From the human T2T-CHM13v2.0 reference genome, Homo sapiens: a DNA stretch of 64,000 nucleotides. Location: the NCBI RefSeq assembly GCF_009914755.1, contig NC_060928.1. One strand, 5' to 3'. Made by a program: the position numbers and the translations under genes. The notes beneath the pieces are model-generated. The model made no database searches. It was not told the origin of the DNA and was given only the letters and a program-made list of their open reading frames with translations. Of the stretch, positions 1 through 12,868 are shown one piece after another. Numbering within the stretch: position 1 is the stretch's first letter; each line of letters starts with the position of its first letter.

Positions 1-1403
1 ACTACGATGCCGAGGGCAAACCAGAGAGTCCCCAGCACACCGGGAAACAGGAACAGAGATGACAGTGGTGAGAAAGAAGGCGGCAGAGAACGCAGAGCTG
101 CCTTGTGAACCAGATTGGCATTTCTGAAAAAGAAACCAGAGTAACTGAAGAAAAACAACAGTCAGAAATTTACATGCAGTTCCCAGAAATGAGCACCTGC
201 GTCTAAAAGTGTCCACCCTTTGCCAAGGAAAATTAGAATCCAAAGTATGACTATTTCCTCCAGAAACGCTTGAATTTCCTAAATGAATAATCAAAAAACA
301 ATTTTAACGTACTTGTAGAGAAAAATGCAAAGTCAGTGTGGCAATTACCAGGAGACAGTGGAACTGTGTCTGTATTTTGAAGCTTAAGTATGACTCATGA
401 ATTCTACAGCAAGCCGATCTTGTTATTCATGTGAGCAAGCAACAAAAAGATATTGTCACATCTACAAGAACTAAGAAAATGTACCATCTACATGTCCTTA
501 CCCAACTCTATCTAACAAGGGTGATTCCAGAACAAAGTTATGACATAAAAGGAGTCAGTAAGAATATCTTAGATTTAGTTATAGAAGTAAGTCAAAAAAG
601 TTTTCTGAAGAGACTTTAAGCAAATGAAATGTAAATAATACCAAAAAAAGGTATACAGTGTAAAAACATACTACTAATAAGAATTGTATCAAAAATCTGG
701 AATACCTACAAAATTGGAAATATGAATGAAAAATTTTGATAGTAAGTGAAGATACTTGGTTTGTTTCGCATAGCTGCATAATTGCTATGGAGTAAATGAG
801 TGGGGTGATGGTTTGAGAACAGCAGGGGGACCTACTTAAATAAAAAAGGTCTGAGAAGGTCTCTCTAAATAGCTGCACGTTCCTGACTGTTTTGCAAGTG
901 GAGCTGAGGTTCTCTGAAAGAAGGATAAAACATTTACACATTACTCCAAAAGTATTTAATTAGGTCCAGTACTGACGCAGTTGGACCGGATCGCATACCA
1001 ATATTGATCCGAGAATTAAAAGCGGGTTATCCCTTTATTCAGCTTTAGGTGATACACAGGTAGCCGCAGAAGATAGAACAGGCAGCTCCTATGTCTCATA
1101 GTAAAATAGGGGAATGTTTAGTGACTATTTACAAAACTATTAGCATATAACTCAAGCTAAGTTGATACTTACTCTGTTTCTTGTTCTCACAAAGCTGAAC
1201 AAAATATCTGCATACAAAGCAGGGCAAAGAGCTTTCCTGTATGTTGAAAAGTTTGTTTTCATAATTTCAAAGGCAGCTGGCCTATAGCCATTACACCAGG
1301 AGTATTTATTATAAGGAATTACGTTAGTTAAAATTTTTTGTTGTAGAATGTTGTTTGTTCACCTAAACCCACTAACAATGGTAAGTGCAATATCCGCTTA
1401 GGT

Positions 1404-1589
1404 CAGGAGTTGGGGAACTTTGTCTATAAAGGGTCAGATAATAAATATTTTTGGCATTGACACTGCCACTGTAGCATGGAAGCAATCATAGGAAATACAC
1501 AAATGAGTGGGCATGTCTGTATTCTCTGTTATTTTCAAAACAGGTGGCAGGCTGGGTTTGGCCAGTGCGCCACAGTTTGCCAACCACTG
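1404..1589. mobile_element. MER58-like hAT DNA transposon
   Basis: cagg..ttgg..aactt..taaagggtcagata and gtttgccaaccactg termini. Confidence 0.75.
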
Positions 1590-2459
1590 ATTTAGTTGAT
1601 TCTTCCGAACCAGTCCCCTCAGTTTGTGAATTTATTTCTCTAGTGACCATGCCCCCTTCCCTGCCTTGGCCACTCTCACGCTCATATCCTGAGCTGTGAT
1701 CAAACCATTATCAATAACTGCCACCCCCGACAACCTCAATTATATCTGCCCACTCTGGGGCCTCCACTTTTTATCTTTTTCATTCACTCCCTCTAGGACC
1801 CAGACTCAGATAGTCCTTTGACCCTGTGAGGTCCTTCAATACACAGCTCCTGCCATCTCTACACTGTCCTCCACCTACCTGATGCCCTCTGTCCTCTGTC
1901 CTCTCCCACAGCTCTTAACCCCATGGGAATTCACTGTAACCTCGCCCCCCACCCGTACACCATCAACTCCCTTGCCCCCTGGCTTTGTCACACTCTAGAC
2001 AAAACCACAACCCTCACTAAAGCCAACTCTCCACATACCCTGCAGCTGAATGGGACTGGAGGAAATCCCCAAGCCCTGTTGGCAGGCCACCCCTTAATTC
2101 ATCATCATAAATCTCAGATGGGCACTTTTTGTACCCCTTCCCTAATCCAGTCACCCTCCCACTCTGATTTCACCTCTTCTCTCTCTACAAACCACCAGCA
2201 TCTCCACGAGCACAAAGCCCAGCCCCTGACAGGGGTTATCATTTCATCATAAATCAGAAGCTATCAGAATAAAACTTCCACAAACACTGGCTGATCGGCC
2301 TTAACCACACCTCCTTCCCTGAACACACACCTGCTGAAGGCTGCTGCTTCCCTTGTGTGCTAAATCCATGGCCTCTTACCACTCCAGCAATTCCTACATG
2401 CACTCCAGGGTCTCTGCCGAGTTGTTATTATTATGAATATTCAAACAGCTACTATTTCT

Positions 2460-2612
2460 CCTATCTATCTAATCCATCCATTGCATCCATCAACCTATCT
2501 ATCCATCCATCAATTTTTCCATCGATCCATCTAGATATCCCTCTATCCACCTGTCTATCTATCCATCCATCCATCTCTCCATCTATCCATTCATCTGTTT
2601 ATCCATGTATTC

Positions 2613-2643
<31 letters not shown>

Positions 2644-3000
2644 CACCCATCTATCCCTCTATCCACCTATCTGTCTATCCATCCATATATTTATCATCTA
2701 TCCATCCATCTGTTTATTCATCTATCTGTCCATATATCCCTCTATCCATCCATCTATCCATCCATCCATTTATCCGTCTATCTGCGCATCTATCCATCTA
2801 TCTTTCCATCTGTCCCACTACCCATCTATTTATCCATCCATCTGTTTATTATCTATCTATCTATCTATGTATTGATCTATCTATTTATCCATCAATCCAT
2901 CTGTTTATCCATCCATCCATCCATCCATCCATCCATCCATCCATCCATCCATCTCTCCATCCATCCATCCATCCATCCATCCATCCATCCATCTATCTCT
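2460..3000 (+). repeat. (TCCA)n/(TCTA)n compound microsatellite
   Basis: Seen directly. Confidence 0.97.
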
Positions 3001-4529
3001 CATTCTGTGTGGGAGCGGGGTGCATACCATAAGACACTGCTCTGAGGAGGACAAGAAGGTCAGGTAGAGTGCATTGTCTTCATCCAGTGGACAGAACCAG
3101 GGCAGGGGGATCAAAACTACAGCATAGCCACAAAGCAGCAGGATGGCCTGGAAACGACCCCAATCCCATTCTTCTAACTTTCCAAGCAGGTTCTGAAAGA
3201 ACGTGAAGTCCAATCGTGCCAACTAAATTTGCTTTAAAAGGCAAAGAGCTTAGTCTGGTTTCCCACTACCTGGGGCCCATGCCCTGAGCCCAAGTCAGCC
3301 TGGAAGGAGAATTTAGATGCTTGTAAGAGAGACCTATGCTTTGTAAGCTCATCCACGTCTAAGCTTTTGAATTTTTCTTCCCATTTCCTTCTTGCTCTAC
3401 TGAGCAATCTTCTGAAAAATCTCAACTGCCTTGGCTGAAATCAGTGGAAAAGGATACTTTTCTTTTTCAATATTTATACTGAAATAGCTCAGATGAGGCA
3501 AGCCCTTGGTGAGGCCAGGCATGGTGGCTGCTGGATTTGGGAGAACTTGACACATATGCAGATAGAAATTGAGGTGAAATGCAGGTGGGGACAAGGGAGG
3601 GGCTAGGAGAGGGCACCTGTATCAGCAGCAGCTTGAGTTGAGCTGCTTCCCAACCAGCCTGGCTTTCCCATGCTGGAAGGGGAAGGGCCTCTCCACTGCC
3701 CACAGAATTCCTGGAATGACTTTCCATGCTGGGAGAAATGAGATGGGTGTTCACTCAGTGCCCTGTGCGTGGCATGGAGAGTGCTCTTGGAGGTCAGGTG
3801 GATACAGTTGGTCCCTGGGAAAATGGCAAAGGGGTAAGTTAACCTTTTTGGCACATAATCATGCTCTGCCCAAAATTGTGGCCATCCAGTGCCCACAGGC
3901 TCAAGGCTTCCTGCTGACTTGGGCGTCTTAGTATGGGAGCTCCCCTCCCCAAGGCCTGACCCAGCAATGCCCGTGTTCAGACTTTCCTAGGCCCTCAACC
4001 CTCTGGCTTCCCTCTTTTCCCACGTACATGGCTTGCTTTCTAATCTGCAACCATATTTTGATAAATGCATCACAGGGTCAAATGAAATCCCCACCACCCG
4101 TTGTGTAAAACATTTGAATTGTTTGTAGATATGCCCAGTCTTGGAGAAAAAAATCAACTGTTGAGAATTTCTGGGTCATTTCCTCAGCACTGGATGTTCA
4201 CTAGCAGATTTTAATCAACCCACACAGAGGCTTTGGAACTGTCATCTATGAATGTTACAGAAATAACAGAAATGGGCTTTCCGCTTCAGGGGTGGCCATC
4301 AGGGCCGGTAACCATGGTAATAACCAGAAGCACCCAAGCCACGTGGTGGATTCCTCTGGGCTCTGACCCGGGGGTCTTCATTTCTTGCACTCCCCTCCTG
4401 CTTTTATGTTTCTTTTACTGTCCTTTTTCCTCCTTCTTCTTGATTCCTTCCTGCACTCCGTACTCTGGAATTATTTCCAAAGGGCAGGAGCGTATCTGTG
4501 TCCCCTTGGTCCCCTAAGGCAGGCAGGCG

Positions 4530-4660
4530 TTTTTCTGCTTTGGTCCCTGCTGTGCCTGTAGTACTAGAACAGTGTCCAGCATACCACAGGAGCACGTTTG
4601 GTGAATGAATGAATGAATCAATCAATCAATCAATGAATCAGTCAGTCAATCAATCAATAA
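4530..4660 (+). mobile_element. L2 3' end with (TGAA)n/(TCAA)n tail
   Basis: agaacagtgtccagcata...gtttggtgaatgaatgaatg. Confidence 0.65.
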
Positions 4661-5228
4661 GGAGGCTAGCTGCCTGGGTACATAGTCACCATCATCACAT
4701 TTAATACTCGCCAGGGTTACGGGTCAAAACCCATGGGTTCTCCTGGCCTCACAGATGCATCAACAATGGGCAGTTTGGTTCTAGAATCTCATCCCTCCTC
4801 CAACAAAAAGCATTCATTGAGATGAAATAAAAGTGTCCCTTGTGACTCTACAGTTTCGGCTACCCTTCACTTCTCAGTCACTGTGAGCCAAGACCAGAGT
4901 TCTGACTCCTAGGAAGCCTCAGAGCTTGATGCAGCTTCCCGTCTGGGTTTCCAGAAACAACTGGGAGGCCAGTTGTTTTCTAGAGTTCTGTTTCCTCTGG
5001 CTTCACACCTATTCAGTCTATAAAAGTTGCTCAGCAGAAACCCCACCATCCCATCCCTATCTGTGGCTGTCGTAAAGGAGGCTGTCTTGAAGGCTGGGGG
5101 AGTCCTGCTGCCCTCCCACCTTCTGTTCCTGAGCTCTGTGCCTCCAGGCGGGAGGCAGCCCATACACCAAGGCAGCACTTGAGATCAGGTCTCCAGACAT
5201 TCCCTGAACACCACTTGTGCACAAGCTC

Positions 5229-5533
5229 TTCTTTCTTTCTTTCTTTTGAGGCAGGGTCTCCCTCTGTCGCCCAGGCTGGAGTGCAGTGGTGCAATCTATC
5301 TCAGCTCATTGCAACCTTGACCTCCCAGGCTCAAGCAATCCTCCTACCTCAGCCTCCTAAGTACCTGGGACTACAGGAGCACACCACTATGCCTGGCTAA
5401 CTTTTGGATTGTTTGCAGAGATGCAGTTTCGCCATGTCGACCAGGCTAATCTCGAGCTCCTGGGCTCAAGAAATCGGTCTGCCTCAGCCTCCCAAAATGC
5501 TGGGATTACAGGCATGAGCCACCACGCCAAGCC
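5229..5533 (-). mobile_element. AluJ
   Basis: Alu homology; TSD caagctctt. Confidence 0.93.
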
Positions 5534-5599
5534 AGCAAGCTCTTGCAGCACAGAGATGAACGCCCCAAGGGGACACTTGGCCTAGTGATTGGCCAGATA

Positions 5600-5790
5600 C
5601 TCCACCATGCACTTTTCATGAGTTTTCTCATTTAACCCTCGAAAGAACCCTCTGAGGAGTGACTGTTCTTAGCCCATTTCACAGATGAGGAAACTGACGC
5701 TTAGATAGGTTAAATGACTTGCCCCATGCCACAGAATTACTCAGCAGGGGAGTCAAAATGTGAACTCAAAGCTGACACTAAGCTGTGTTC
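5600..5790 (-). mobile_element. MIR
   Basis: Core cccatttcacagatgaggaaactga...ggttaaatgacttgccc. Confidence 0.8.
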
Positions 5791-6004
5791 TCTTAACATT
5801 CACAGGAACTCCGGGTGAGGACGACAAGAGCTGAGCTCGGGTGCTTGCCTTCTGCACTCTCGGGAGGAGGCACCAGCATGGGCACCCTTCACAGTTCGGG
5901 CCCCTCACTCACAAACGTCTGGCACATGGAAACAAGCTGGCAAAAAGATTGTTTTTTTCTTCTGTACTTTTTGTTATAAGCCTGTGGTGAAGTGTCCATA
6001 TCTG

Positions 6005-6126
6005 GCATAAATGAATGTGAGTGGTCTTGGGAATCTAAATATAACATGTTTCTAAGTTACACACAGCATAAATGAGTGTTTATGAGTGGTCTTGGGAATC
6101 TAAATATAATACATTTCTAAATTACA
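6005..6126 (+). repeat. ~61-bp tandem duplication, 2 copies
   Basis: gcataaatga..tgagtggtcttgggaatctaaatataa..tttctaa.ttaca occurs twice. Confidence 0.9.
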
Positions 6127-6636
6127 ACCAACCAACTTACAGGGGGCATTTTGGTCTTTAACCTGTTTATTAAATCAGACACTGCCTGAACTTTCCTCTG
6201 AAGGAAGAGAGGAATGAGTATTTACTGAATGCTAATTAAGTGCTACTCACATTACTGGAATGCTTCTCTCTGATCCACCAGCCCCAGGAGAAAGGCCCTG
6301 TCCTCATTTTGCAAGCGAGGAAATGGAGGCTCAGAGGAAAGGGTTTATCTTCCCCCTGGGCTCGGCAGAACCAACAGCCAGCCCCAACTCCACCCCAAAG
6401 CCTGGATGTGGCCGTGGCTCCAGAGTGGGCCGCCCCTTTCACCATCTGTGCATACTGGGTCGGAGCTGAAATCTGTGATCACCCTTCTGAGCCCTACCCC
6501 AAGGACACTGAATCATGTGGTCAGGCTCCCAGCTCAGCACAGCCCTGACTATCAGCTCCATGTGTTTAGCAGCCTGGCCCCAGAATCAAAGCCACTGTTG
6601 AGGACACTCAGTATGAAGGAGACCACTTCAGGCCAG

Positions 6637-7148
6637 TGACAGATTCTCTCCTGGACCAAACTCGACTGAGGCTCCCCTGAGCCCTCTTCTCAACTAGGCC
6701 TCAACCCTGGCCTAGAAAGACTTGGACAAACACTAGCATGGCTTCTCATAGCTCAAGGCCGCATCCCTAGGTGACCCCAGCCACCTTGGGTGTCCTTGGG
6801 AGGCAATCCCAAGGACACACAAGGCTGCCAAACAAGTTTGCCATTTGCTCCAGCCAACACCCAGAGATCGGGCCCCTGTGCCCCAGTCTGTGAGGGAGGC
6901 TGTTAACAAACCCAGGTGGGTTTCTCATGGACCAAGCCCGCTCTGCTGTTTGTAGTTTTCCACTTCTCTGACCCCACTGAGCCCTGGTCACCCCTGCCCA
7001 ATTCTCTCACTCTCCCTTTAAAACGCCCAGTCTCTACTGCACAAATCAAACTGGAGTTCAATCTGGGCTGGGCCTTCTCCCTATTGCAATAGATATTACA
7101 ATCCTTCTTTACCACTTAACTAGCATCTGGCTTGGTTTATTTTTGAGA
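6637..7148 (+). mobile_element. ERV1 solo LTR, MER31-like
   Basis: Start tgacagattctctcctggaccaaact..ggctcccctgagccctcttctcaactaggcctc matches the remembered MER31 start. Confidence 0.7.
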
Positions 7149-7998
7149 CCAACAGCTGGGGCAGGTGGAGCTGCCCCTCGGTGACAGTCCCTCTTAATAC
7201 TCCACTGCCTACCCCACCCTCGCTGCTGTTCTGCTGCCTACACCTTAACACTGGCCCTCAGAACCACTCGACTCGCCCCCAGTTACCCGCAGCCTCCTGA
7301 CTTCTGCCTCTTCCACAGCCCTTCCTGGATGTCCACTTCTCATTTCCAGGAGGAAAATAGGAGTTGCCTGAGTTGGGCTGAGGCATGAAATAGAAAAGTA
7401 TTTGGGCCTGTTAAGTGTTCCGGATTGCTGAAATAGCCCATCCAAGCCCCACTCTTTCCTGAGTTTATTAAAGGAAGTGGGGAAAGCTCTGTGCTTTTCA
7501 GTCTAAGAGCTGGGTGCTGCAGAGAAAGGAGATGTTACTGGGAACACCGACCACCACGTCAAAGGTGCTACTGGGTCCCAGAAGCTTGGGGCAGCTTCTG
7601 CAGGGGTCAGTGCCTACCAGTGGAGAAGAGGACTCCAGTCGGGAAGGAAACAGAGCGGCTGGGTTCTTGGTCATCCTTGCAGGGGAGGAATTCTTCTTCA
7701 CTTAAGTCTTAGCTGCCCAGTCTTCAAAACCACTTCAGGTATCTGCAGTGTACAGGGAGCCAGCTGGGAATTTCCATGGGAGTTGGGGGATTTCCAGATA
7801 GCATTTCCTCTTGAGCTGTGCATGACACTTGATAGGCCTAATGCTTTAAAAGTTTTCAGGAAAAGAGTCAGGTGTTCAGTTTTGTTAGGCATTATTTTAC
7901 TTTGTGATGAATGTGTGGATGGCACACCCCAGCAACTGAGCCAAGCTTTTCCCTGTGGATTTGGGCAAGTACCTGTGAGTGTCAAGACTAAAGGGTGT

Positions 7999-10208
7999 TG
8001 ATATAGTTTGTGTGTCTCTGTGTCCCCATCCAAATCTCACCTTGAATCGTAATAATCCCCACGTGTCAAGGGTGAGACAAGGTGAAGATAATTGAATCAT
8101 GGGGGCAGTTTCCCCCATGCCGATCTCATGACCGTGAGTTCTCATGAGATCTGATGCTTTTACAAAGGGCTTCCCTCTTCGCTGTATACTCATTCTCTCT
8201 CCTGCTGCCCTGTGAAGAGGTGCCTTCTGCCATGATTGTAAGTTTCCTGTGGCCTCCCCAGCCATATGGAACTGTGAGTCAATTAAACCTCTTTTCATTA
8301 TCAATTACCCAGTATCAGGTATTTCTTCACAGCAGTGTGAGAACAGACTTATACAGTAAATTGGTACCAAGAGTGGGGTGCTGCTATACTGGTACGGAAA
8401 AATGTGGAAGCAACTTTAGAACTCGGTAAGAGGCAGAGGTTGAAATAGCTTAGAGGGCTCAGAAGAAGACAGGAAGATGCAGGAAAGTTTGGAACTTCCT
8501 AGAGACTTGTAGAATGGCTTTGACCAAAATGCTGATAGTGATATGGACAGTGAAGTATAGGCTGAGGTGGTCTCAGATGGAGATGAGGAACTTGTTGGGA
8601 ACTGGAATAAAGGTCGTGCTATGCTTTAGCAAAGAGACTGGTGGCATTTTGTCTCTGCCCTAGAGATCTGTGGAACTTTGAACTTGAGAGAGATGATTTA
8701 GGATATCTGGCAAAAGAAATTTCTAAGTGACAAAGTGTTCAAGAAAAACAGAGCATAAAAGTTTGGAAAATTTTCAGCCTGATGACGTGATAGAAAAGAA
8801 AAACCCATTTCCTGGGAAGAAATTCAAGCAGGCTGCAGAAATTTGCACAAGTAATGAGGAGCTGAATGTTAATCACCAAGACGATGGGGAAAATGTCTCC
8901 AGGACATGTCAGAGAACTTCACAGCAGCCCCTCCCATCACAAGCCTGGAGGCCTAGGAGGGGAAAATGGTTACCTGGGCCTGGCCCAGGGACCTGTTGCT
9001 CTGTGCAGCCTTGGGACTTGGTGCCCTGCATCCCAGCCATTCCAGTTTCAGCTGTGGCTAAAAGGGGTCGAGATCCAGCTTAGGCCATTGCTTCAAGCCT
9101 TGGCAGCTTCCATATGGTGTTGGACCTGCAGGTGCATAGAAGTCAAGAATTGAGGTTTGGGAACCTCCAACCAGATTTCCGAGGATGTATGGAAATGCCT
9201 GGATGTCCAGGGAGAAGTCTGCTTCAGGGGTGGAGCCCCCATGGAGAACCTCTGCTGGGGCAGTGTGAAAGGAAAATGTGGGGTTGGAGCCCCCACACAC
9301 AGTCCCCAGTGGGACGCTGCCTACTGGGCCACCATACTTCAGGCCCCAGAATGGTAGATCCACCGACAGCTTGCACTGTGCTCCTGGAAAAGCTGCAGAC
9401 TCTCAATGCCAGCCTGTGAAAGCAGGCAGGAGGGGGCTGTACCCTGCAAAGCCACAGGGTCAAAGCTGCCAAGACCATGGGAGCCCACCTCTTGCATCAG
9501 TGTGCCCTAGATGTGAGACATGGAGTCAAAGGAGATCATTTCAGAGCATTAAGATTGAATAACTGCCTTGCAGGATTTTGGACTTGCATGGAGCCTGTAG
9601 CCCCTTTGTTTGGGCCAATTTGGAAGGGGACCATTTACCCAATGCCTGTACTCCCATTGTATCTTAGAAGTAACTAACCTGCCTCTGATTTTACAGGCTC
9701 ATAGGCAGAAGAGAGTTGCCTTTTCTCAGGTGAGACTTTGGACTTGGACTTTTGAGTTAATACTGGAATGAGTTAAGACTTTGAGGGACTGTTGGGAGAG
9801 CATGATTGTGTTGTGAAATGTGAGGGCATGAGATTTGGGAGGGGCCAGGGGCAGAATGATGTGGTTTGGCTCTGTGTCCCCACCCAAATATCACCTTGAA
9901 TTGTAATAATACCCATGTGTCAAGGGCAGCACCAGGTGGAGATAATTGAATCATGAGGGCATTTTCCCCCATGCTGTTCTCACCATGAGTGAGTTCTCAC
10001 AAGATCTGATGGTTTTATAAGAGGCTTCCCCCTTCACTCCAAACTCATTCTCTCTCTTGCTGCCTGTGAAGAGTGCCTTCCACCATGGTTATAAGTTTCC
10101 TGAGGCCTCCCCACCCATGTGAAACTGTGAGTCAATTAAACCTCTTTTATTTATAAATTACCCAGTCTCAGGTATTTCTTCATAGCAGCATGAGAATGGA
10201 CTAACACA
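7999..10208 (+). mobile_element. Full-length THE1 (THE1C-like) MaLR: LTR 7999-8355, internal 8356-9856, LTR 9857-10208
   Basis: Two TG...CA LTRs; internal begins gtaaattggtacca; purine tract before the 3' LTR; perfect 5-bp TSD GGTGT (7994-7998, 10209-10213). Confidence 0.93.
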
Positions 10209-10732
10209 GGTGTTGATCTGTAAGGTAATATTATTGGAGTCATGACATCCAAAGTATCTTTAAACTCTTAAACAATATTTGTTCATTTCACATTTTTATA
10301 TCTTCCTGGCACTATGCAGGGCAAACAATTGTAGCATACAAAGTGAATTATAGAAAACCTTACATATGGGTCTTGAGGAATTCTTGCACTTTTTCTCCCA
10401 CTTTATGACACACTTCCATGTGCCATTATATCTAAAAAAAATAAAATAAAATCAACTCCAAAAGCAGAGAGCAAAGTCATAACCCATCTCAGCAAAGGTT
10501 TATTAAATTTCATTCATCCCAGAAGCTGCTCTGCCAACATTTTTCATCTTTTTCCTTTCTTCCTTTCCAATTTTATGATTTTTTTCTTTTCCACCTAAGG
10601 AAACCTTCTAGCGTCTCTTTGCCTACACTAAGCTTTTTTATATCTACAGCTCTTCCCATTACCATTAAAAGGCAAGAGGAAGAGAAGAGGATCTTTGTAT
10701 ACTTGTCTCTATCGTACAGTATATGAATGTAT

Positions 10733-11050
10733 GCCAGGTGTGGTGGCACATGCCTGTATTCCCAACTACTCAGGAGGCTAAGGGAGGAAGGTTGGCTTGA
10801 GCCCAAGAGTTCTGGGCTGTAGTGTGCTATGTCCACTGGGTGTCTGCACTAAGTTCAGCATCAATATGGTGACCTTCTGGGAGTGGGGAACCACCAGGTA
10901 GCCTAAGGAGGGTTGAACCTGCCCAGGTTAAAATAGAACAGATAAGAATTCTGTGCTGATAAGTAGTGAGATCCAACCTGTAAATAGCCACCACACTCCA
11001 GCCTGGGCAACATAGTGAGACCTTGTCTCTAGAAAAATAAAATAAAATAA
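10733..11050 (+). pseudogene. 7SL (SRP RNA) retropseudogene
   Basis: Alu-domain ends plus 7SL S-domain (gggtgtctgcactaagttcagcatcaatatggtgacc...caccaggtagcctaaggagggttgaacc); A-rich tail; many substitutions. Confidence 0.93.
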
Positions 11051-11185
11051 ACCTTTTTAAAAAATGAATCTAAATTCACATGTAACGATACCTTTCTTGG
11101 AGATTGTTTTACTTGAGAGCTGGCAACATAAGTTCTTGACTTTTCAACACAGAGTTCCTCTAGTTTCTTTTACAGTATTTTAGAT

Positions 11186-11351
11186 CACTGCTTTTCAAAT
11201 GTTAATGTACACTGGAATCTCCTACAGATTCTGATAAAATGCAGATTTTGATTCAGTAATTCTGGAGTAGGCCTAAGATTCTGTGTTCCTCAAAGACTCT
11301 CGGATGATGGCCAATGCCACGGGTTCTTAGACCTCACTTTGAATGGCAAGA
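11186..11351. mobile_element. MER5-like DNA transposon
   Basis: Core aaaatgcagattttgattcagta..ctggagtaggcctaagattctg. Confidence 0.7.
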
Positions 11352-12414
11352 TTTATATTATTTCATTTTTTTCTAACTGCCCGCAAAACACTTCAGTGCA
11401 GTTGTTAAAATTATTTTTGTTGTTGCAACTCTCATGTTACATACAGGAAGCTTCAGGAACCCTGCTTGGCTGATGATCTCAGCTCCTCTTAGCTTTGGAG
11501 ATGGGGTTGGAGTTATCCAGCCAGTGCATGCTCTGTTGGAGACAGTGCCACATGAGGCCCTTTCTAAGACAGACAGGGGCACGGTGACAGGGAGACACTA
11601 GTGGGAACATTTCTATATGGGTCTTTAATGAATCAAGAATCTGGTTACTGTTTAAAAGAGTGTCTTGAATGGATTTGTCAGAAGAGCCAAGGAGCCTCTG
11701 TTTGGAACCGTTCTCAAATGGCATGATTGTAGTATAAGGCAGGGAGCGTATGAATGGCTTCTTTTCAGGAGAAGAAAAAGAGCAAGGGGATTGAAGTAAT
11801 GGGGAGCCTCTGGGCTCATCTTTCAGCTGAGTCTGCCCAGCTCTCATTAGCGTACCCTCCTTATAGGTATGAACTGAAAAGGGAAGTTGGAGGGTTGTGT
11901 CTATGGAAGGGACTAGGGGACCTGGGGAACTGAGGACCAGGAATTACAGTCTCATATTCAGTAAAGGACTCAAAAGTCAGTGATCCAAGTAATGACCAGA
12001 GAATATTAGAAAAGGAAAAACAGCCAGCTGCATTCTTAGATGTTATTAGAAATCAAGGCATGTATAGCTGAGGGGTGCTCAGAGACTCTCTGGTTCTGAC
12101 CCTGTGTTTGCAGATAAAGAAACTAACATTCAGGAAGTTGGATGACTTGCTCAAGGTCATAAGATTGGGTAGGGCTTTTAGCTGGCTTTTGAACTCGTGG
12201 TTCCGAGCTCTTTGCAGTTGAACATATTTGTTGTTTCTCGCATCAATTAACTCTAACACATTTAATTAGATATAAAAACTGTTCCCATGGATTAAATTCT
12301 GTTTTTGAAATTGTGCGGGCAGTGCCCTGGAAAAAAAAAATCAGCAATAAAGGCCATAGCTATGTCCCCAGAGCTCAGCTGTGGCACTTGTGGGCAGCTA
12401 CATAGTTTGAAGTT

Positions 12415-12868
12415 TGAACAAAAGTTTTCTGAAAAGGAATTTGGAGGAAAGACACTTTCTTACAGTGAACAGTTTGCAAACTGGGGAGACACTGTCTTCC
12501 TGTATAAGGAAGGTGTGCATTTCAGAGAACAAAGAGAGGGTTTGGCTTTTGTAGGTTCTAAATCAGGTCTGTTTATGCAAATAAATGATTCAAACTTGCT
12601 TAGTTCTGATTGATCAATGCAGCTGAGTTTTGATTGGTTGACACAGCTAGGCCCTGATTGGCCAAGGTGGGGGAGCTCTGATTGGTTGGTTCAGGCAAGC
12701 TCTGAAAGTCCACAGTTAAACATAGGTGTAGGTTTCCCCAGAACTCAGAGTACATCTGTGACCTCTAGCCAGCAAAGGGCCGCTTGGCTCTGTTATAAAC
12801 GTAGGCCCAGTTAGCAGCTCAGGATCTATCTTGAAGGATTGGCTCTTTCAGGTGCACATTTGTTCACA
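12415..12868 (-). mobile_element. ERV solo LTR (family uncertain) with clustered CCAAT boxes
   Basis: Inverted termini tgaacaaa...tttgttcaca; several ATTGG motifs at 12630-12690 and 12838. Confidence 0.6.

Noticed and set aside
1-2400. Old HAL1/L1ME and L2 fragments (similar weak MIR/L2/Tigger traces elsewhere)
   Set aside because: Too diverged to place boundaries reliably by eye.
2357-3222. Long ORFs rich in SIHP/WMDG
   Set aside because: Translations of the (TCCA)n microsatellite; the same applies at 41160-41421.
8727-9677. Overlapping ORFs in the THE1 internal region
   Set aside because: Broken remnants of the MaLR internal sequence; no intact gag or pol.
10733-11030. Functional 7SL RNA gene
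   Set aside because: Heavily diverged, CpG-depleted and A-tailed, so a retropseudogene.
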